DNA of 45,747 nucleotides from Catajapyx aquilonaris (GCA_000934665.2 KZ538827.1:1-45747); one strand, 5' to 3'; shown: positions 24,197-38,105, numbered from the stretch's first letter. Program-made: numbers and translations. The notes: generated by a model from the letters alone, not told the origin.

Positions 24197-24352
24197 CCCT
24201 GTAATGCCCCTTGGGTCATATCTGGCACACCATTTAGTGCAAGTTGGCACACTTACAGAAAATATAAAAATTGCAAAAATTGCAAAAATTGCACTAAATG
24301 GTGTGCCAGATATGACCCAGTGGGCATTACTTAGATTAGTGGCATTACAGGG
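24197..24352. mobile_element. piggyBac-like MITE, TTAA TSD
   Basis: TTAA|CCCTGTAATGCC..TGGGTCATATCTGGCACACCATTTAGTGCAA ... TTGCACTAAATGGTGTGCCAGATATGACCCA..GGCATTACAGGG|TTAA. Confidence 0.9.
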
Positions 24353-24599
24353 TTAAGAACGTTAAGACCTGCGTGGTTTTATATAAGTATGCTTGAAAAC
24401 GAAGTTTTCCCCTAACGGCCTAACCCTTGAAATCATTAATTATTTTAGAATACGTGGAAAAAATTAGTTTCGTTATCAATATGAGCAACACAGTTCATTA
24501 CTTAGATCGACGTAATTTTTGTTTCCAGTAGTAAGTATATGTGTACAGCCATGATTATTCGGCTATGTTGGTATTGGAGGAAAATTAACCCCTTCGCTA

Positions 24600-25589
24600 C
24601 CAGATAGGCCCGAACCTCGTAGATTTAGGATTACGCGTATACTCCGAGGATACGGACAAGATATTTTATTTTACTAATAACTAATAGCAGCTATACTCAT
24701 CACGATCAGGGAAAACACTATAGCTACGTCTGAAACAATTTTACTTTGGAAGTCCCTAAATTAATTTCCCAAATAAGGTTATAAAAACTGGAAATCCGAG
24801 TACTGCCGACTAGACCAGAGTCTGTTAGGCTGGTTATGAAATGCGCCCTATCCCGGGATAAACAACAAAAAAAAAACAAATTATGAAATGCGTGAAAATA
24901 TGCGGAATAACAACCTTGAGAACCATGCCAGACAAATTTTTTGAACTCGTCATACTTTGGAGAAATAAATTAATACTACTTATTTAAGGCTTTTTCTAAT
25001 TTCTAATTTTCTAATTATATTTTTTTTTCTAATTTCTATTTTCCGAAGTGCCTGAAAGTCGGAAATAAGTATTAATTTATTTCTAGAAAAGTACGACGAG
25101 TTCATAAATGTCTGGCATGGTTCTCAAGGGGGGGAAGGGGAGGTTCCCGAGGGAGGGCGCTGTAATATTATAGTCATTTCTGACTTTCTGAAATACACCA
25201 GACCTTTTCTCCTGGCCCTGGGCAGAGTAGGGAGTGCAATTCTGCCCCGGCATGTCGGGTGAAAAGAGGAAAAAGACCCGGCCAAGCAGAGGTGACGGGG
25301 ACGGGATTTGAACCCCGGCCTCCCGCTTGGCTAGTCAGTGGCGTAACCGCCAGACCACCATGCCTCCGCATTTCATAATTAAATAAGCCTAACAGTTGGT
25401 CGGCAGAATTTCCAGTTTTATAACCTTTTTTGGGAAAATTAATTTAGGGACTTCTAGACAAGTAAAATTGTTCCATACACATTCATAGTGTTTTCCCTGA
25501 ACGTGGTCAGGCTCGTATAGCTGTTATTATTTGTAAAGTATGATAATTTATCTTGTCCGTATATTCGGACGTGGTTCGGGCCTATCTGG
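24600..25589. mobile_element. Fold-back element with long imperfect TIRs, TA-flanked
   Basis: CCAGATAGGCCCGAACC and GGTTCGGGCCTATCTGG ends. Arms 24600-24850 versus 25367-25589, and inner arms 24913-24983 versus 25063-25129. Confidence 0.8.
25165..25369 (-). mobile_element. tRNA-derived SINE-like element (family C) inserted in the fold-back arm
   Basis: Minus strand GCATGGTGGTCTGGCGGTTACGCC..GGTTCAAATCCCG (A and B boxes) followed by a non-tRNA body; it interrupts the right arm of 24600-25589. Confidence 0.7.
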
Positions 25590-25591
25590 TA

Positions 25592-25790
25592 CATTGTAAA
25601 CCTCAAAACACGAAAAGAGCATCACTGGTGAGTCTCTCATGGAACATCAATTTTTAATGCTCTTCTAATGCTCTTGTGATGCTCCTGTGATCCTTTTTTG
25701 TTGCTAAAAAGCATCACAAGAGAATTAAAAATTGATATTACATGAGAGACTTACCAGTGATGCTCTTTTAATGTTTTGCGGTTTACGGTG
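25592..25790. mobile_element. Hairpin MITE, TA-flanked
   Basis: CATTGTAAACC..AAAAGAGCATCACTGGTGAGTCTCTCATG versus CATGAGAGACTTACCAGTGATGCTCTTTT..GGTTTACGGTG. Confidence 0.8.
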
Positions 25791-27151
25791 TATAGCGAAG
25801 GTGTTAAAAACATTTTCATCTGGTAGCTACTACTGTAGTTGACTTTTAGAATGCGGCAATAATCGCAATATAGCCTACTTACAGATTCCCCACTAATCTT
25901 GTTTTCTGAATGAACGACCACGGATGAACAGATAATGTCATACAAAACCAGCAAAATCTATTGACAGATTTGCAATCTGCACGTGCAATACTGTACTTAC
26001 CGTATCATTAAAAAGAATAAATTATAGATAGGAAGGTTCTTTCAAGTTTGTAAACTCTTATCTAAAAAGCCATGTCCGATAGCATCACAGGCATTACGCC
26101 ATGCTCTATTATTTGTTGCTATTCACACTGACGATACACATACTGGCCCCTAACCGAACTAATAGGGTCTACTGCTAGCATTTGACATAGTATCAGCTAG
26201 TTCACTTTTTTTTCCGTGTTAATCAAGTCCGAGACGGAAAAGCGGCTATGGATGTTGTTTAATTTTGCTAGTACTGTACACTACTGTATTAGGACTCACG
26301 TGGTGGTAACACGTTCCTATAAACAACGTCTTCTATGATGCACCCAGATTCCTGCAACGTCGGAAATTCCGGCGAAGACTCGGCTCTGGTTCGGTTCACT
26401 TGGGATCTGCTACATGAAGCGATTCTCGCCTTATGAGACTACAACGCACATCTTCTGCATCTACACAAAATAGCCCGGCATCCGCCTATTTGCCATCTGC
26501 ACTCAGCTGGTAACCAATCGCATAAAGATACACTTGGCTTATCTCTCGATTACGTTGCAAGTTCCCTGTCGCGCACAAGATAGCGCACTTTTTATGATCC
26601 AGAATGCTGAACGAGAGCACGAAATCTGAGGCGCCTCGTCCTGCCATGACGCTATTATTTTAACACCCGACCATGGCACACACGATGGTGACTAATCTTT
26701 GCACATACAGGATGCCTACACTTTTCAAGAGAGAAAAAAACTATATGTATGTATACACTATGTATACTATAGGGTTTTGGTTAGGGAAGCCCGGAAGCCC
26801 TTATGCGGTGGCACACTTGAATGAAAGAGAATAGATTATAATAGTTAAATATTCTTTCTATTATTAACATGTTGATGTCACCAAAGCTGAGAGGTTCCTG
26901 AACGACCCTAATCAGCAAACAATGATACCAATTGGCTCTTTCAGAGAACAACGCATACCATCACGCTCTGTATATATATTATTGACAGCCCACGATAGAG
27001 CCTTCCTTTTATCGTTAAGAAAAACATATTCGGGATAAACTCTGTCAGCTGAACTTGTCGAGGGCATTCCAGTGCACTCTGTTCAAAGTGCACGGGGAAG
27101 TTTGAATCATTTGCATACGCTCAACACAAGTTTACTTATCCACTCATGAAT

Positions 27152-30100
27152 TCAAATTCGATTATTCTGCTGGACTCTCTGGAACGTAATAAGATCAGCC
27201 AAGTTGTCCGACCTGGGCTTTCTGGAAGATCCTGGAACATTGAGGGTGGACGCAGTCAGACGGAACGGTCTCTGGCGACGAGACCTTCCTTGCTGTATTG
27301 GAGAAAACAATATTAGTCTGTGTATAACCCATTCGGTTACTAATAATGCCCCGCTGTGTAAAATTCGCAAGTGCGACCAGCACTGTATTAATTCTAGACA
27401 AGGCTTAAGTCAGATCGACTACCGTATTTACCTTTCCTCTGGTCATCATTTGCTTGATGGTGCCTATGAGTATGATCAAGAAGGGAATAACCACCAGAAT
27501 GATCCATCCCATCACATTTGTCCACTGGGGGAACTTTTTTCCTTGAAACGTGATCGAACTGGAGTCCCTCGATTTCAGGATGACTCCGAACACCACCAAA
27601 CACTGAAACAAAAGTCAAAGCTTTCAGTCACAATACCCTTAAATAGGTAACGGATACGGTCCTAAAACTCGCTGCTGTCAACAATTTACCACTATTGTCA
27701 CGGGCTGAAGGAAAGTCCATGAAGCCATCCAGTAGATTTGCAGTGCAAGAGGCACACGTGTTCCAATGTCTTGGATGAGCTTGATCATCTTGGAGGGCCC
27801 GAAGACCCAGGCAGTGACGTAGACCTCTAAGGCTGACATTACCAGGATACCCCAGTCCGAGGCGAAGATTTCCATCAGCTTGTAGATGAAAAGGCCTCCA
27901 CGGAGGCAAAAAGGAAGCGACAGCACGCTGGCCAGAAAGCATATACTCAGTACCAGGTATACTCGATTCCATGACGGAACGTGATCCACTAGGGTAGACA
28001 CCACCGTCTCCACCAGTACCAACTAATAATATTCACATACATTTTGATTATTAAACTGATAAATAGTCAAGGAGAGCGGATAGAGACCATGCTGACCTCA
28101 CTGCTGAGTGAAAAGGTGAAGACTACAACATAGAATGAGCCGGTTATGACGTGGGGTAGAGGCATCACAGCAAAGGCTTCTGGGAATACAGTGTATAGCA
28201 TAAATGTTGGGTCGTTGAATATTGGGAATGCGGTTTCATAGGCCGTGGTAATAACCCCCATCGCTGCGAAGGTAATGAGAGCTGTAGCAAAGTATGTCAC
28301 TAGAGTCAGGAAGCCCACCATGAAGGTGCCCCTGGAAAGGTAAGAAAACAAGCACAGATTATATACTATACATATAATTGTGGTAGTGGGACGCCTAATT
28401 GGGGACCCCTCACCTGTTCAATTCATTTTTATATTGGTTCAACAATAAGCTAAAATTTCCAAATAATAAGGGTTCTTCCCTGACACTGTTATGTATAACC
28501 CTTACATGTGACAGTTGATGCGACTGCTGTTGTAGCTGGCTAGCACCATCAGGCATCCGACGCCAGTGTTCATAGAATAGAGAGCCTGAGAAGCTGCATC
28601 CCTCCACAGGTGCCTGTCCATCAGCTTGCTATCATCCACCTCATCGAACAAGTGCATGATGCCCTCCTTCGCTCCACTGAACACTGTGGCTAGAATATTG
28701 AAGAATAATTTTTAAAAAATAATGGAGTCTTAATTTTCATTTTGCTACAATGCTTTAGAAATTAGCAAAAATCTAAATCCGAGAGTTGTTGCAACATCTT
28801 TCCACACCAATTTGTATGTAACAGTATTGACTGAAATGCTTTCTTACTGAATCCCAATATGACTGAAAGTGCCATGTAGGACAGGACCAGTGCCACAATC
28901 AGGACGGCCCTGGACAGAAATCTCATCCCCATGACCAGGAGAAAGGCAAGTATGCCCCAACTGACGAACATACACCCTGCGACTTCCCAGTGAATCCATC
29001 CTAGATTGGACCACGATGTCCCTCGGAAGTCCAGTACCTTGAACCTGCCGAACGAAAATCAGTCTTTACTTTTCTTTTGCTCCTCAAACGTTTTTCTCTA
29101 AAAACTCAGCTACAACAAAGGCAAAATGAAAAACTTACTCAAAGTACTCAACTGCAGCGGATGTCCGTGTTACCATGTTCTCAACGGGCACAAAGGTATC
29201 CGTGGAGGTTGAGCAGTGAGTGAGATTGTAATAATCGTAGTCATGTTCAGCGCAGAAATCGGATATGTTGTGGCACATTCGGTTGTAAAAAATCGTTCCA
29301 GGATTCTCTGAAAGGCAATGGGCGTTGTCCAAAGGTCCGAAACAATCTGAAGAAGAAGAAAAATCGAACCACTGCACTTGGTAGTCACATTATGTCCCAA
29401 TAAGTCAGTCATCGCGTAGTATTATGACGCTCTAACCTTTGGTGTTCCATGTATTAGTGCAGTGAATCCATGGCAAGAAGCTCCCCAAATAACTTCTGAG
29501 GATGTAAGACATGGACCAAGCCATCACCATGCAGTCAGTTATTGAGGTTATGAACGCCATCCATACCATGGCCCAGCCTAGACCTGTCAAAACAATAACA
29601 AACTACAGGACATGTAATGTGTTGTTTTTTTCGGTCATTAAGACCCAGCTACGCAGAAACGGATTTACAGTACATTCTTTCCCTTATCGCCCAATGAAAA
29701 CCTCACACCCCCAGGTAATAATGAATGAATAATTTGTTAGTAAGTTATTTAATACAAATAATTTCGGATATACCTACAAAACATGTCTCAATTGCCACAA
29801 GTTTGATCAAGAACAGCATAAGTTTACCTCACATAGTAAATTAAAGCGAAAATATTTGAAACTTGACACATACTACGAAAATGAGGGGTAATTTTCCTAT
29901 ATATGTCGACAGGGCCCATCTTGAACGTGTGTCCCAAGAGCACCTCCATGAAGGCCAGTGGAAGCGAAGCTACCACAAACATGCAGGTGAAGGCTATCAA
30001 AAATGTCCCTGAAATTTCCCAATGCACCATTTTATTTTATCATCACTGAATATTGAAATATGCGCCAGAGCTAGTCCCTCCGTAAAATTTTTTTAATGAC

Positions 30101-30730
30101 TTTACCTTTGTACTTGGAACATAGGAAGGGAAAGCGCCAAAGGTTGCCTGCTCCAATGGTGCACGAGGCATAGGCGTACAAAAAGTCACCTGTTGTCATC
30201 CACTTCCCTCGGCGGTTGCACGACTTCCAGAACTGCCACCACTTTCCCAAGTCTTCATCTTTCTAAACAGGCAAAAAAGTATGGGTGACATTATAGAACA
30301 GCTGACAGACAACGGGGATCTGTCCAAAACGGGAGTGACATACCACGTCATGTTCGGAAGCCACATAAGGCACGGTGATGATCTCTGGTTCCTGCTGTAT
30401 CGGCAAAGATACTATGCAGACGTTGTTCTTGCGCAATGGCTTCTCGCTGACCTCCAGAGTGTCGTCCTCCTCTTCCGTGCCACAACTTGTTATGCTGGTG
30501 GTCGCCGTGACAAAAACTGGGGACGGTGGACCTTCCTTTTCCGATTCCTGAAGCTGCAGTCTGGAGCAGCAGCTATGGAAGGTTGATGACACGGTGGGGA
30601 TGCTGGGCATCTGGGACTGAGGCAGAGGCGCACCCTGGTTTAGCTCCAATGCCACACGGGTGTTTGACGCCGAAGACACGTTGTCTTCCGGCGGCTTCGT
30701 CGGTCCGGGAAAGTTTGTCTTCCTCGACAT
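27152..30730 (-). CDS. Divergent SLC6 (sodium:neurotransmitter symporter family) transporter, 764 aa, 11 coding exons
   Basis: Exons 30730-30344, 30262-30106, 30008-29874, 29583-29437, 29346-29139, 29044-28848, 28689-28506, 28331-28097, 28022-27690, 27602-27432, 27292-27152; phases consistent. Motifs RGKW..DF..IGAGNLWRFPFLC, LPWIHCTNTWNT, LWRDAASQ..ASYN, FPEA, and a Cys-rich extended EL2. Confidence 0.93.
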
Positions 30731-32035
30731 CGTTTCTGGCAGAAAATATGCATAAATATTTAGGTCATATTATCCCACGTATACTGTGTATATACTGTAC
30801 AGGAAGCCCGGCAGTGTGTGGTTGCCCTTGCCTTCAGAATTGTATTATTCTTGTTATGTTAAGATACATTTACCATTCCTGTCTCGCCAACTAGTTAATT
30901 TTATCACAATCATGTTAACATCAAAATAAAATTCAGATGCGCAGGCGAATTTTTTAAAAGGAAGAAGCCGTGTAGGGACATCAAAAAAATGCGACTTTGT
31001 GTTACATTATGGTCGCTAAATCTAATAATCTTTTATATTATGCTGTCGCTACAGTAGGCTAACACTTTGTACCGTTGATTCTTCTGCTTTGGCCATTTAT
31101 ATTGTTTTCACTTGAGGGTACACATTTCAGAGATTGTTTACCAGCAAGCGTGAATGAAAATACTGAAACCTCTGAATTACAAGTTAGCTTAGTCTACTCT
31201 ATATGCTTCACATAACTTACTAGAATTAGGAGAAAATGAGCTGAACACCCCAAGAGTAGTTACCACTGGTGAACAGTCTACGCAAAGGTCATATACCAGG
31301 CAACAATTGTTTACATTTTTAATTGTTTATAAAAAGTTGTCCCAACTGCACCCACAATGAACCTTTTTTGGTTAATCCCATAAAACATACAAAACGAATC
31401 ATAGTAATCTAGTCTACTAATTATTTCAAAGTGTAAGAGTAGGCCTACGTACATTCCTAGGCCTTACTTGTACTTAAACCATTTTAATTTGGGGGGGAAA
31501 CATTGCACAGTTTTCATTATTGTGCGTATCTAAGACAATATCAATAACGGGAAAACCCTTTTCAAAAAAGTATAAAAATCCCCCGCTGAAACCCTCCCAA
31601 AAATATTCGGCCAATACACCCAATATTTAAATGGCTAGTTATTTTTGGGCAAGGGCCGTCGGAACTTGAATCATTCTAGGACCCGAGTGCAGACGGACAG
31701 CATGAGCACTAAAATTGTCTGAAGCGATAAGTAAGTACTACACTGCACGCCATTATTGATCATCTAGCCCTCATTTCCATTGGCGATTACGTGCTTTTCT
31801 CCTATTTAAATCTTTTCAGGGCCGTATACGTCAAGTCCTCCAGAAGTTTACTGGATTTTTAAAAAATATATGTTTCTCAAATATTTTGGAAACGTAAGTT
31901 ACCTTTTATCTATTGTATAGGCCAATCAGTACTTAATTAGGCCCTAATTAACATATTTTCTAGAAAGATTTGGGAAAATATGCATATGCTTATACAGAAC
32001 ATGGATATACTGTATAGCCCTCATCAGTCCCTTTT

Positions 32036-32186
32036 GTACCATGGGGCTAAAAATTGTTTTGGCCACTTTATCCTGGTCTTGAAGCAACCCTTCACACACA
32101 CACACACCTCCTCACCGTCGGGTCTGTGTGAAGGGTTGCTTCACGACCAGGATAAAGTGGCCAAAACAATTTCCGCCCCATAGTAC
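32036..32186. mobile_element. Hairpin MITE with about 63-bp arms
   Basis: ATGGGGC..AAATTGTTTTGGCCACTTTATCCTGGTC.TGAAGCAACCCTTCACACA and its reverse complement at 32125-32186. Confidence 0.85.
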
Positions 32187-32278
32187 AACAATGCAGGTGT
32201 TAAGGTGCTGGTGCATGATCAGTAATTAGTCATCTACCTCTCCAGCAGGGACCAGAAATTAAGTAATAAATCATAGCA

Positions 32279-33329
32279 ATGGCGGCATATATGCGACGTC
32301 GGGCTTTACCCCGTCAAGAACCACCCCCGATGACCCTGGGCGAGGTCGGCGCCCCGGTAGCTTCTAGGCACAGGGAAAGCATCTTGTTCTTTCCTGAAGA
32401 GGGCCTGACGTCCTTTCTAAATCAGCGCACATCCATGCAAATTTTGACCGGGTCTATGTTCGAGTCTGCCGACGAATCCATATCCTCAGCCACAACGACC
32501 AATCCATCGTCTACATCCTTCTTCAGTGCCTCTGGCTGGCCACAACAGCCCTTCGATGTTCAACGAATGCGAGCTAACGTCAGGGTCATGGCGGCAAAGG
32601 CCTGGCCCGATGTGTTCTTGCGGATACCGATGAAGTACGCTCATCGGCATCACGCCAAAGCATGTGAGGTGCTCAGCTTTCTGAGGAATAAGGCGGCTGC
32701 AGTTGACGATCCCGGTGCTGCGACCATTATTAACTCACCGCAGCCCGCGCAGCCCTCCACTTCCAAAACTACTCCTCAGAAGACACCTCAGAAGCGCTCG
32801 AATTCAGGGAAGTCAACAGGGTCAGGGAAAAGCACCAGGGGCAAGTCCGGAAAATCACAAAAGGTCAAGCAGGTAACCTCAGGGATCACCTTCCTGGATT
32901 CCGCCGAGAAGAAGCTTGCGTGCGATCTGGCCTTCTCATTGAAGAAGTGTAAGTGATGTCATCTTTCATTTTCATTGGGCCTGCCTCTAGTTACAACTTT
33001 TCCTATATATTTACTATATTGGAGACGATGACTGTCTAATGCTCACTTGAGATGTACTTCCCAGAATCAAGCAGTTTATTGCTAATACTCCCTTATCTCG
33101 AGACACCCATGACAATATTATTGTGGAGGATTGTACTTGATATTCCACTTTGACATAATTATTCACACCTAGACCAGAGGTTAGAGGTCTATTACTGCGT
33201 AATTATTCAAAACACTTATTGCTGATTAAGGCCAGATTGTACGCTTGTGCCATTCAAGGTAAATGATATAACCAGGCATTATTATTAATTTTATTATTAT
33301 TGTTGTTGTTGTTGTTGTTGTTATTGTTA

Positions 33330-33385
<56 letters not shown>

Positions 33386-36300
33386 GCACATGGTCATGGT
33401 GCCATGTGAACTTTTGCTCCTGCCCTTCCTTCCTTGTCCTTTCAAGTGTCAGGGTAACACGCAGGCGCTTATCACGATACTTTTGGCGGTTAGTCCCCCA
33501 ATATAGTCAGACCTTCACCCCATAAAGCTATATTTAGGCGGATTTCGCTGCAAAAAAGTCAAAAGTCGTCGTCCTGATATAGAGCCCTATATACCCCCTA
33601 CTGCTCCCCATTCTTCTGCATTATGAAAGTGATATTTACAGTATTCGAGAGTTGTTCGCATTCTATGGCACTTCGGCCACTTACACATCCTAATGAATGG
33701 GACATAGCGTTGTCCTCTAAATTGACACATCTTTGTATTGATGACGGGTTGTTTTTGTTTTGTTTTTGTTTTTTGTCAAGAAGTAATTATCCGCATGTCC
33801 ATGACATCAGTGACAAATATGGCGACCATTGTTGTCATGTAGCCAAACGCCAAGACGAGGATATTTTACACAAAATTTGGCACTCTATTTGTGGATCTGA
33901 AATGAGCAAAATAATGCTAATCCCACACGTAGCCGGGTAGGTTGATAAATAAATCCCAGGTCCATTTTAATATCTGTCGCACCCTATATACAGAGACTTG
34001 CCTTCGCTTCACCCTTATTTATTATCCTTATCTAATTACAAATTTGCTAGTCAACTCTCATTTCTTCTGTATGCGGCTCATCCTATGTGTGGTACCACTC
34101 TTTCAGACGAGCACGTCTTGGATGAGATCCTCGACGAATGTTGCTTCTTCAAGAGATTTCCTGAGGTGAGTGCCAGTCTATATGTACGAGTATATCATTA
34201 GTCTCATAAAAGTAACAGTCATACTTAGCACAATGAGCTCATTCAGCCCCAAACGCGATGTACAAGATTAATACGATATTCAATACTAAATACTCTCAAT
34301 TTTTTTGAGCGTTGCAGCACGATGTAATGAAAACGTCCTGACCTCACCCATCCTCTGAATGAAGTGTCTTAAATATGTTGACTTCTTTGGGCAGCTCATA
34401 TTAGAAAGGGACATGGTTATGGCCCTTTTCTTCGACCTGCAAGAGAGGCGTTTCCGTCCGCGGACACAAATGGAAGGCGAGACAAACATCCCCAGGATAG
34501 AAGTGGTAGAACAGACGGTGACGGGCATGAGGATCAAACTTCAGGCTGCCATGGCTCGAGTCAGGATAAAACACGACGCTCCATCACTCAAACACCTCCT
34601 CCCTAGTCACATACGACAGATGGATGACTATGAGTCTGTGATTCCGCTCTACGCTTGGATCAACAGGTGCAAGGCTAGGTAGGTTATGCGCACATATATA
34701 GGTTTTCTCATGGGCATTTGTTATTTATCTAATGTGCTTGTCACTTTGTGTTGGCAGTCTTCCTGAGGTTCTACAGAGCCTACATTCCACCGGGTTCAAA
34801 GTAGTGGACCACCCTTCCAAGTTGACCAGGAACACGTATATGCAAGACAGTGACTGCCCGGACCTGCTACAGTTCCATTGTAGCCATCGACCGGACCTTC
34901 CAACATCCCCGCTCTTCGAAGGAGGCGCGCTTGTTGTGCAGGTGAATGAATGAGCGAATTAATTAATTACTTAATTAATGGGGGTCGGTCATGACAGACT
35001 GCATGTGAAAAGGGAAGGGGAGGTTGATACCAGCAAGATGAACCTTGACCTGGGGGTAAGGAGGAGGCCAGATATGTCAAAATTTAAAATGGCACAAGAC
35101 AGTATTACAGAGAAACCTTATACATGGTGTTTCGTAATGATTCGGACAAACCCAGGGTGACCCAGGCAAGGGGTCTTATAATGATATCGATCAACTGTAG
35201 CTACTGTACTTTCTTATTTTAATTACAAAGCCATAATCGTATAGGTATTTGACACCATATGTTTCCAAAGTATCGAGGCTTCGGAGGCCAAGTAACACCC
35301 ATGGTACCCATAATCTGACTTTATATTTACTATGTTTACTGTATTTACTCATCATTTAGTCTACCTCCGGAACACTAGATAATTGCCGTTATGTCCTTTT
35401 TCAGGAAAAAACAACATGCATAGGACCACAGTCATTTCTGCAAGCAGTGCAGAGCAACGTTGTCGCAGGCGATATCCTCCACACTCATGTTGGCTCTGGA
35501 CGTACCACAGCCCACTTGGCCAGCCTGCTCCAGGCAAAACAGGAGACTCCAAGACGGACGATATATGCCTTCGGAGCTGGACATAAGTAAATTCAACCTC
35601 CGTTTATCACTCTAGACTCTAGAGCAGTTGTTCCCAACCTTTTTCGGGTCGTGACCCTCATCTTCCGAGTATTAGTAGAAGATTAATGAAGTGAAGACAT
35701 ATTTTTAAAACCTTTGTGGTAAAGTAAAACCGCGCGACCCGAGGGAAAAGGCTTTGCGACCCACAGGATGGGAACCACTGCTCTAGAGCCCTTGTTTTAC
35801 CCTGCAACAGGGTACCAAATGACATGTTTCAGTGACCACTGACCAGTGCTGTTATACAACCTTGTTTATTGAAGCATAAATACACATCTATACTACCGGT
35901 ATTAAAATCGTAGTCAAAGCCATGGTGCTACTTTTCATGGAAAAATATTGTTGATTTCAGGATTAACCAGCTACAACATTTTTTTCGTCAACTGGGTATG
36001 GACAACGTGATGGTATTCCGGGAAAACTTCACGAGGGTAAATCCACATGACCAGCGTTGGGAGAACGTTACTGCTGTATATGTCACCCCACCCTCCTCGA
36101 ACTGCAACGTCATCAACCCAGTTGATTTTGTCTGCAATGAGGATGTGGGTGAGTAGTTCCATGTGTAGAGTTGTTACATCAGTGTCAATTTTTGAAAGTC
36201 CCAAGGGGCAACTACATTTACTGTATTACACTACCGGTATGCAACAAAAATCAACTTGTTTTTTGTCCATGGAAATTCATCGCTACTTCCATGTTCCTTA

Positions 36301-38040
36301 GGTCACTCGTAACTCATAATGACCATTCATTTTGTCTGCAATTTGTTTTTGACCTCGGGCAGTTAAAAAACCAATACCCTCAAATATAGCAGTTTTTGCC
36401 AATCAAGTGGGCCTAAATGTTGCTAGACCATCTCGTATTTTGCTGAAAAAAATCACAGCTGTACACACCTATGCCATAACACTGCATGCCAAGTTTCAGC
36501 CAAATTGCGAAATACCGTGGGGAGGGAAGAAATTGCGAAATTTTAGAAATTGGTCTTTCTTTTGGATAATATTTTTCGGTTAGTGGAAGTTGTAACTGGT
36601 CAAAACTATATATATAATAAAAGCATTCTCCTCGCGGTTTTCTTTCATTTGATATATGGGTGTAACAAGACCCCATGCATAAATTTTAAAGGCGGGTAGG
36701 GGACCCCAAAACAAACATTTTTGACCAATGAACCCACCCTGTAAAAAAATCAGAAAATTCACTTAAAACGATAACTGGTTAGTGCCTGTAGTAACAGTTA
36801 TGTGGTAGTTGCTACTCTACAGTAGCGTTGTCATGGTAGTGTTGACAATTTAGTACAGTACTGTAAAAGGTCGTCACCACCACAAATTAATGAACGGTGA
36901 CATGAAACCTACCACCACCTTTATTGGACCAAACCTGCAATCAAAGGAGCTGCTCAAAGTGTCCTCCAGCCACTTGTACACACAGCCTCCTACTACTGTA
37001 CAGTACTGCACTAAATTGTCAACACTACCATGACAACGCTGCTGTAGGCCTATAGAGTAACAGCAACCACATAACTGTTACTACAGACACTAACCGCAGT
37101 AATCGATTTAAGTGAATTTGTGATTATTTTAGAGGGTGGGTTCATTGTTCAAAAATGTTTGTTTTGGGGTCCCCTACCCACCTTTAAAATTTCTGCACGG
37201 GGTCTTGTTACACCCATATATCAAATGAAAGAAACCCGCGAGGAGAATGCTCCTATTTTATTTTTCTCGAAAATGTAACCAGAAAAACGTGTGTAGCATT
37301 CTATTGGTCACATGCTCAGTCACATGTCCGAGTGTTTAGACGCAAACAATTAGTGATGTATTTGCGTAAGAGCAGCCATATTTGGTGACAGGAGTTGTGA
37401 CCGTGGTTGTGACCCATACAAGATTCAATATGTTCAGTTTCAATCCTGGGTCATGCATGGCTCGCGAGAAAATAATAGATATGTTTTGCAGTTAATTATA
37501 CTTGTATACCACTAATTTTCAAGGACCCAAATTCTTGGACATGTGATCGATCGAATGCCACACACGCTTTTCTGGTTACATTTCAGAAGAAGAAAAATTT
37601 AATAGGCCCATTCTCCTCGTGTTTCTCTTTCGTTTGATGTATATGTTGATTGGGTTTTCACCACTTCCACTAACCGAAAAAAATTATCCAAAAAAAGGCC
37701 CCATTTCCAAATTGCGCGATTTTTTCCCTCCCCACGGTATTGCTCAATGTAGATGAAATTTGATATGCAGTGTTACGGCCTAGCTGTGTACAGCTGTGAT
37801 TTTTTTTCAGCAAAGTCCGAGATGGTTGAGTAACATTTACTGTAGACCCACGTGATTGGGAAAACCCCCTATATACGAGTAATTGAGGATTTTGGTTTTT
37901 TGACTGCCCCGATGTCAAAAACAATTTGCAGACAAAAATAATGACTGGTCATTATGAGTTACGAGTGGCCTGAGGAAAATGGAAATTCCGATGAATTTCC
38001 ATTGCCAACTATCGTGTTGCATAGTGTATTAGTGTTGATG

Positions 38041-38105
<65 letters not shown>

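Noticed and set aside
30281..30894. Plus-strand ORFs overlapping SLC6 exon 1 (also 27204-27650)
   Set aside because: Antisense shadows of real coding exons.
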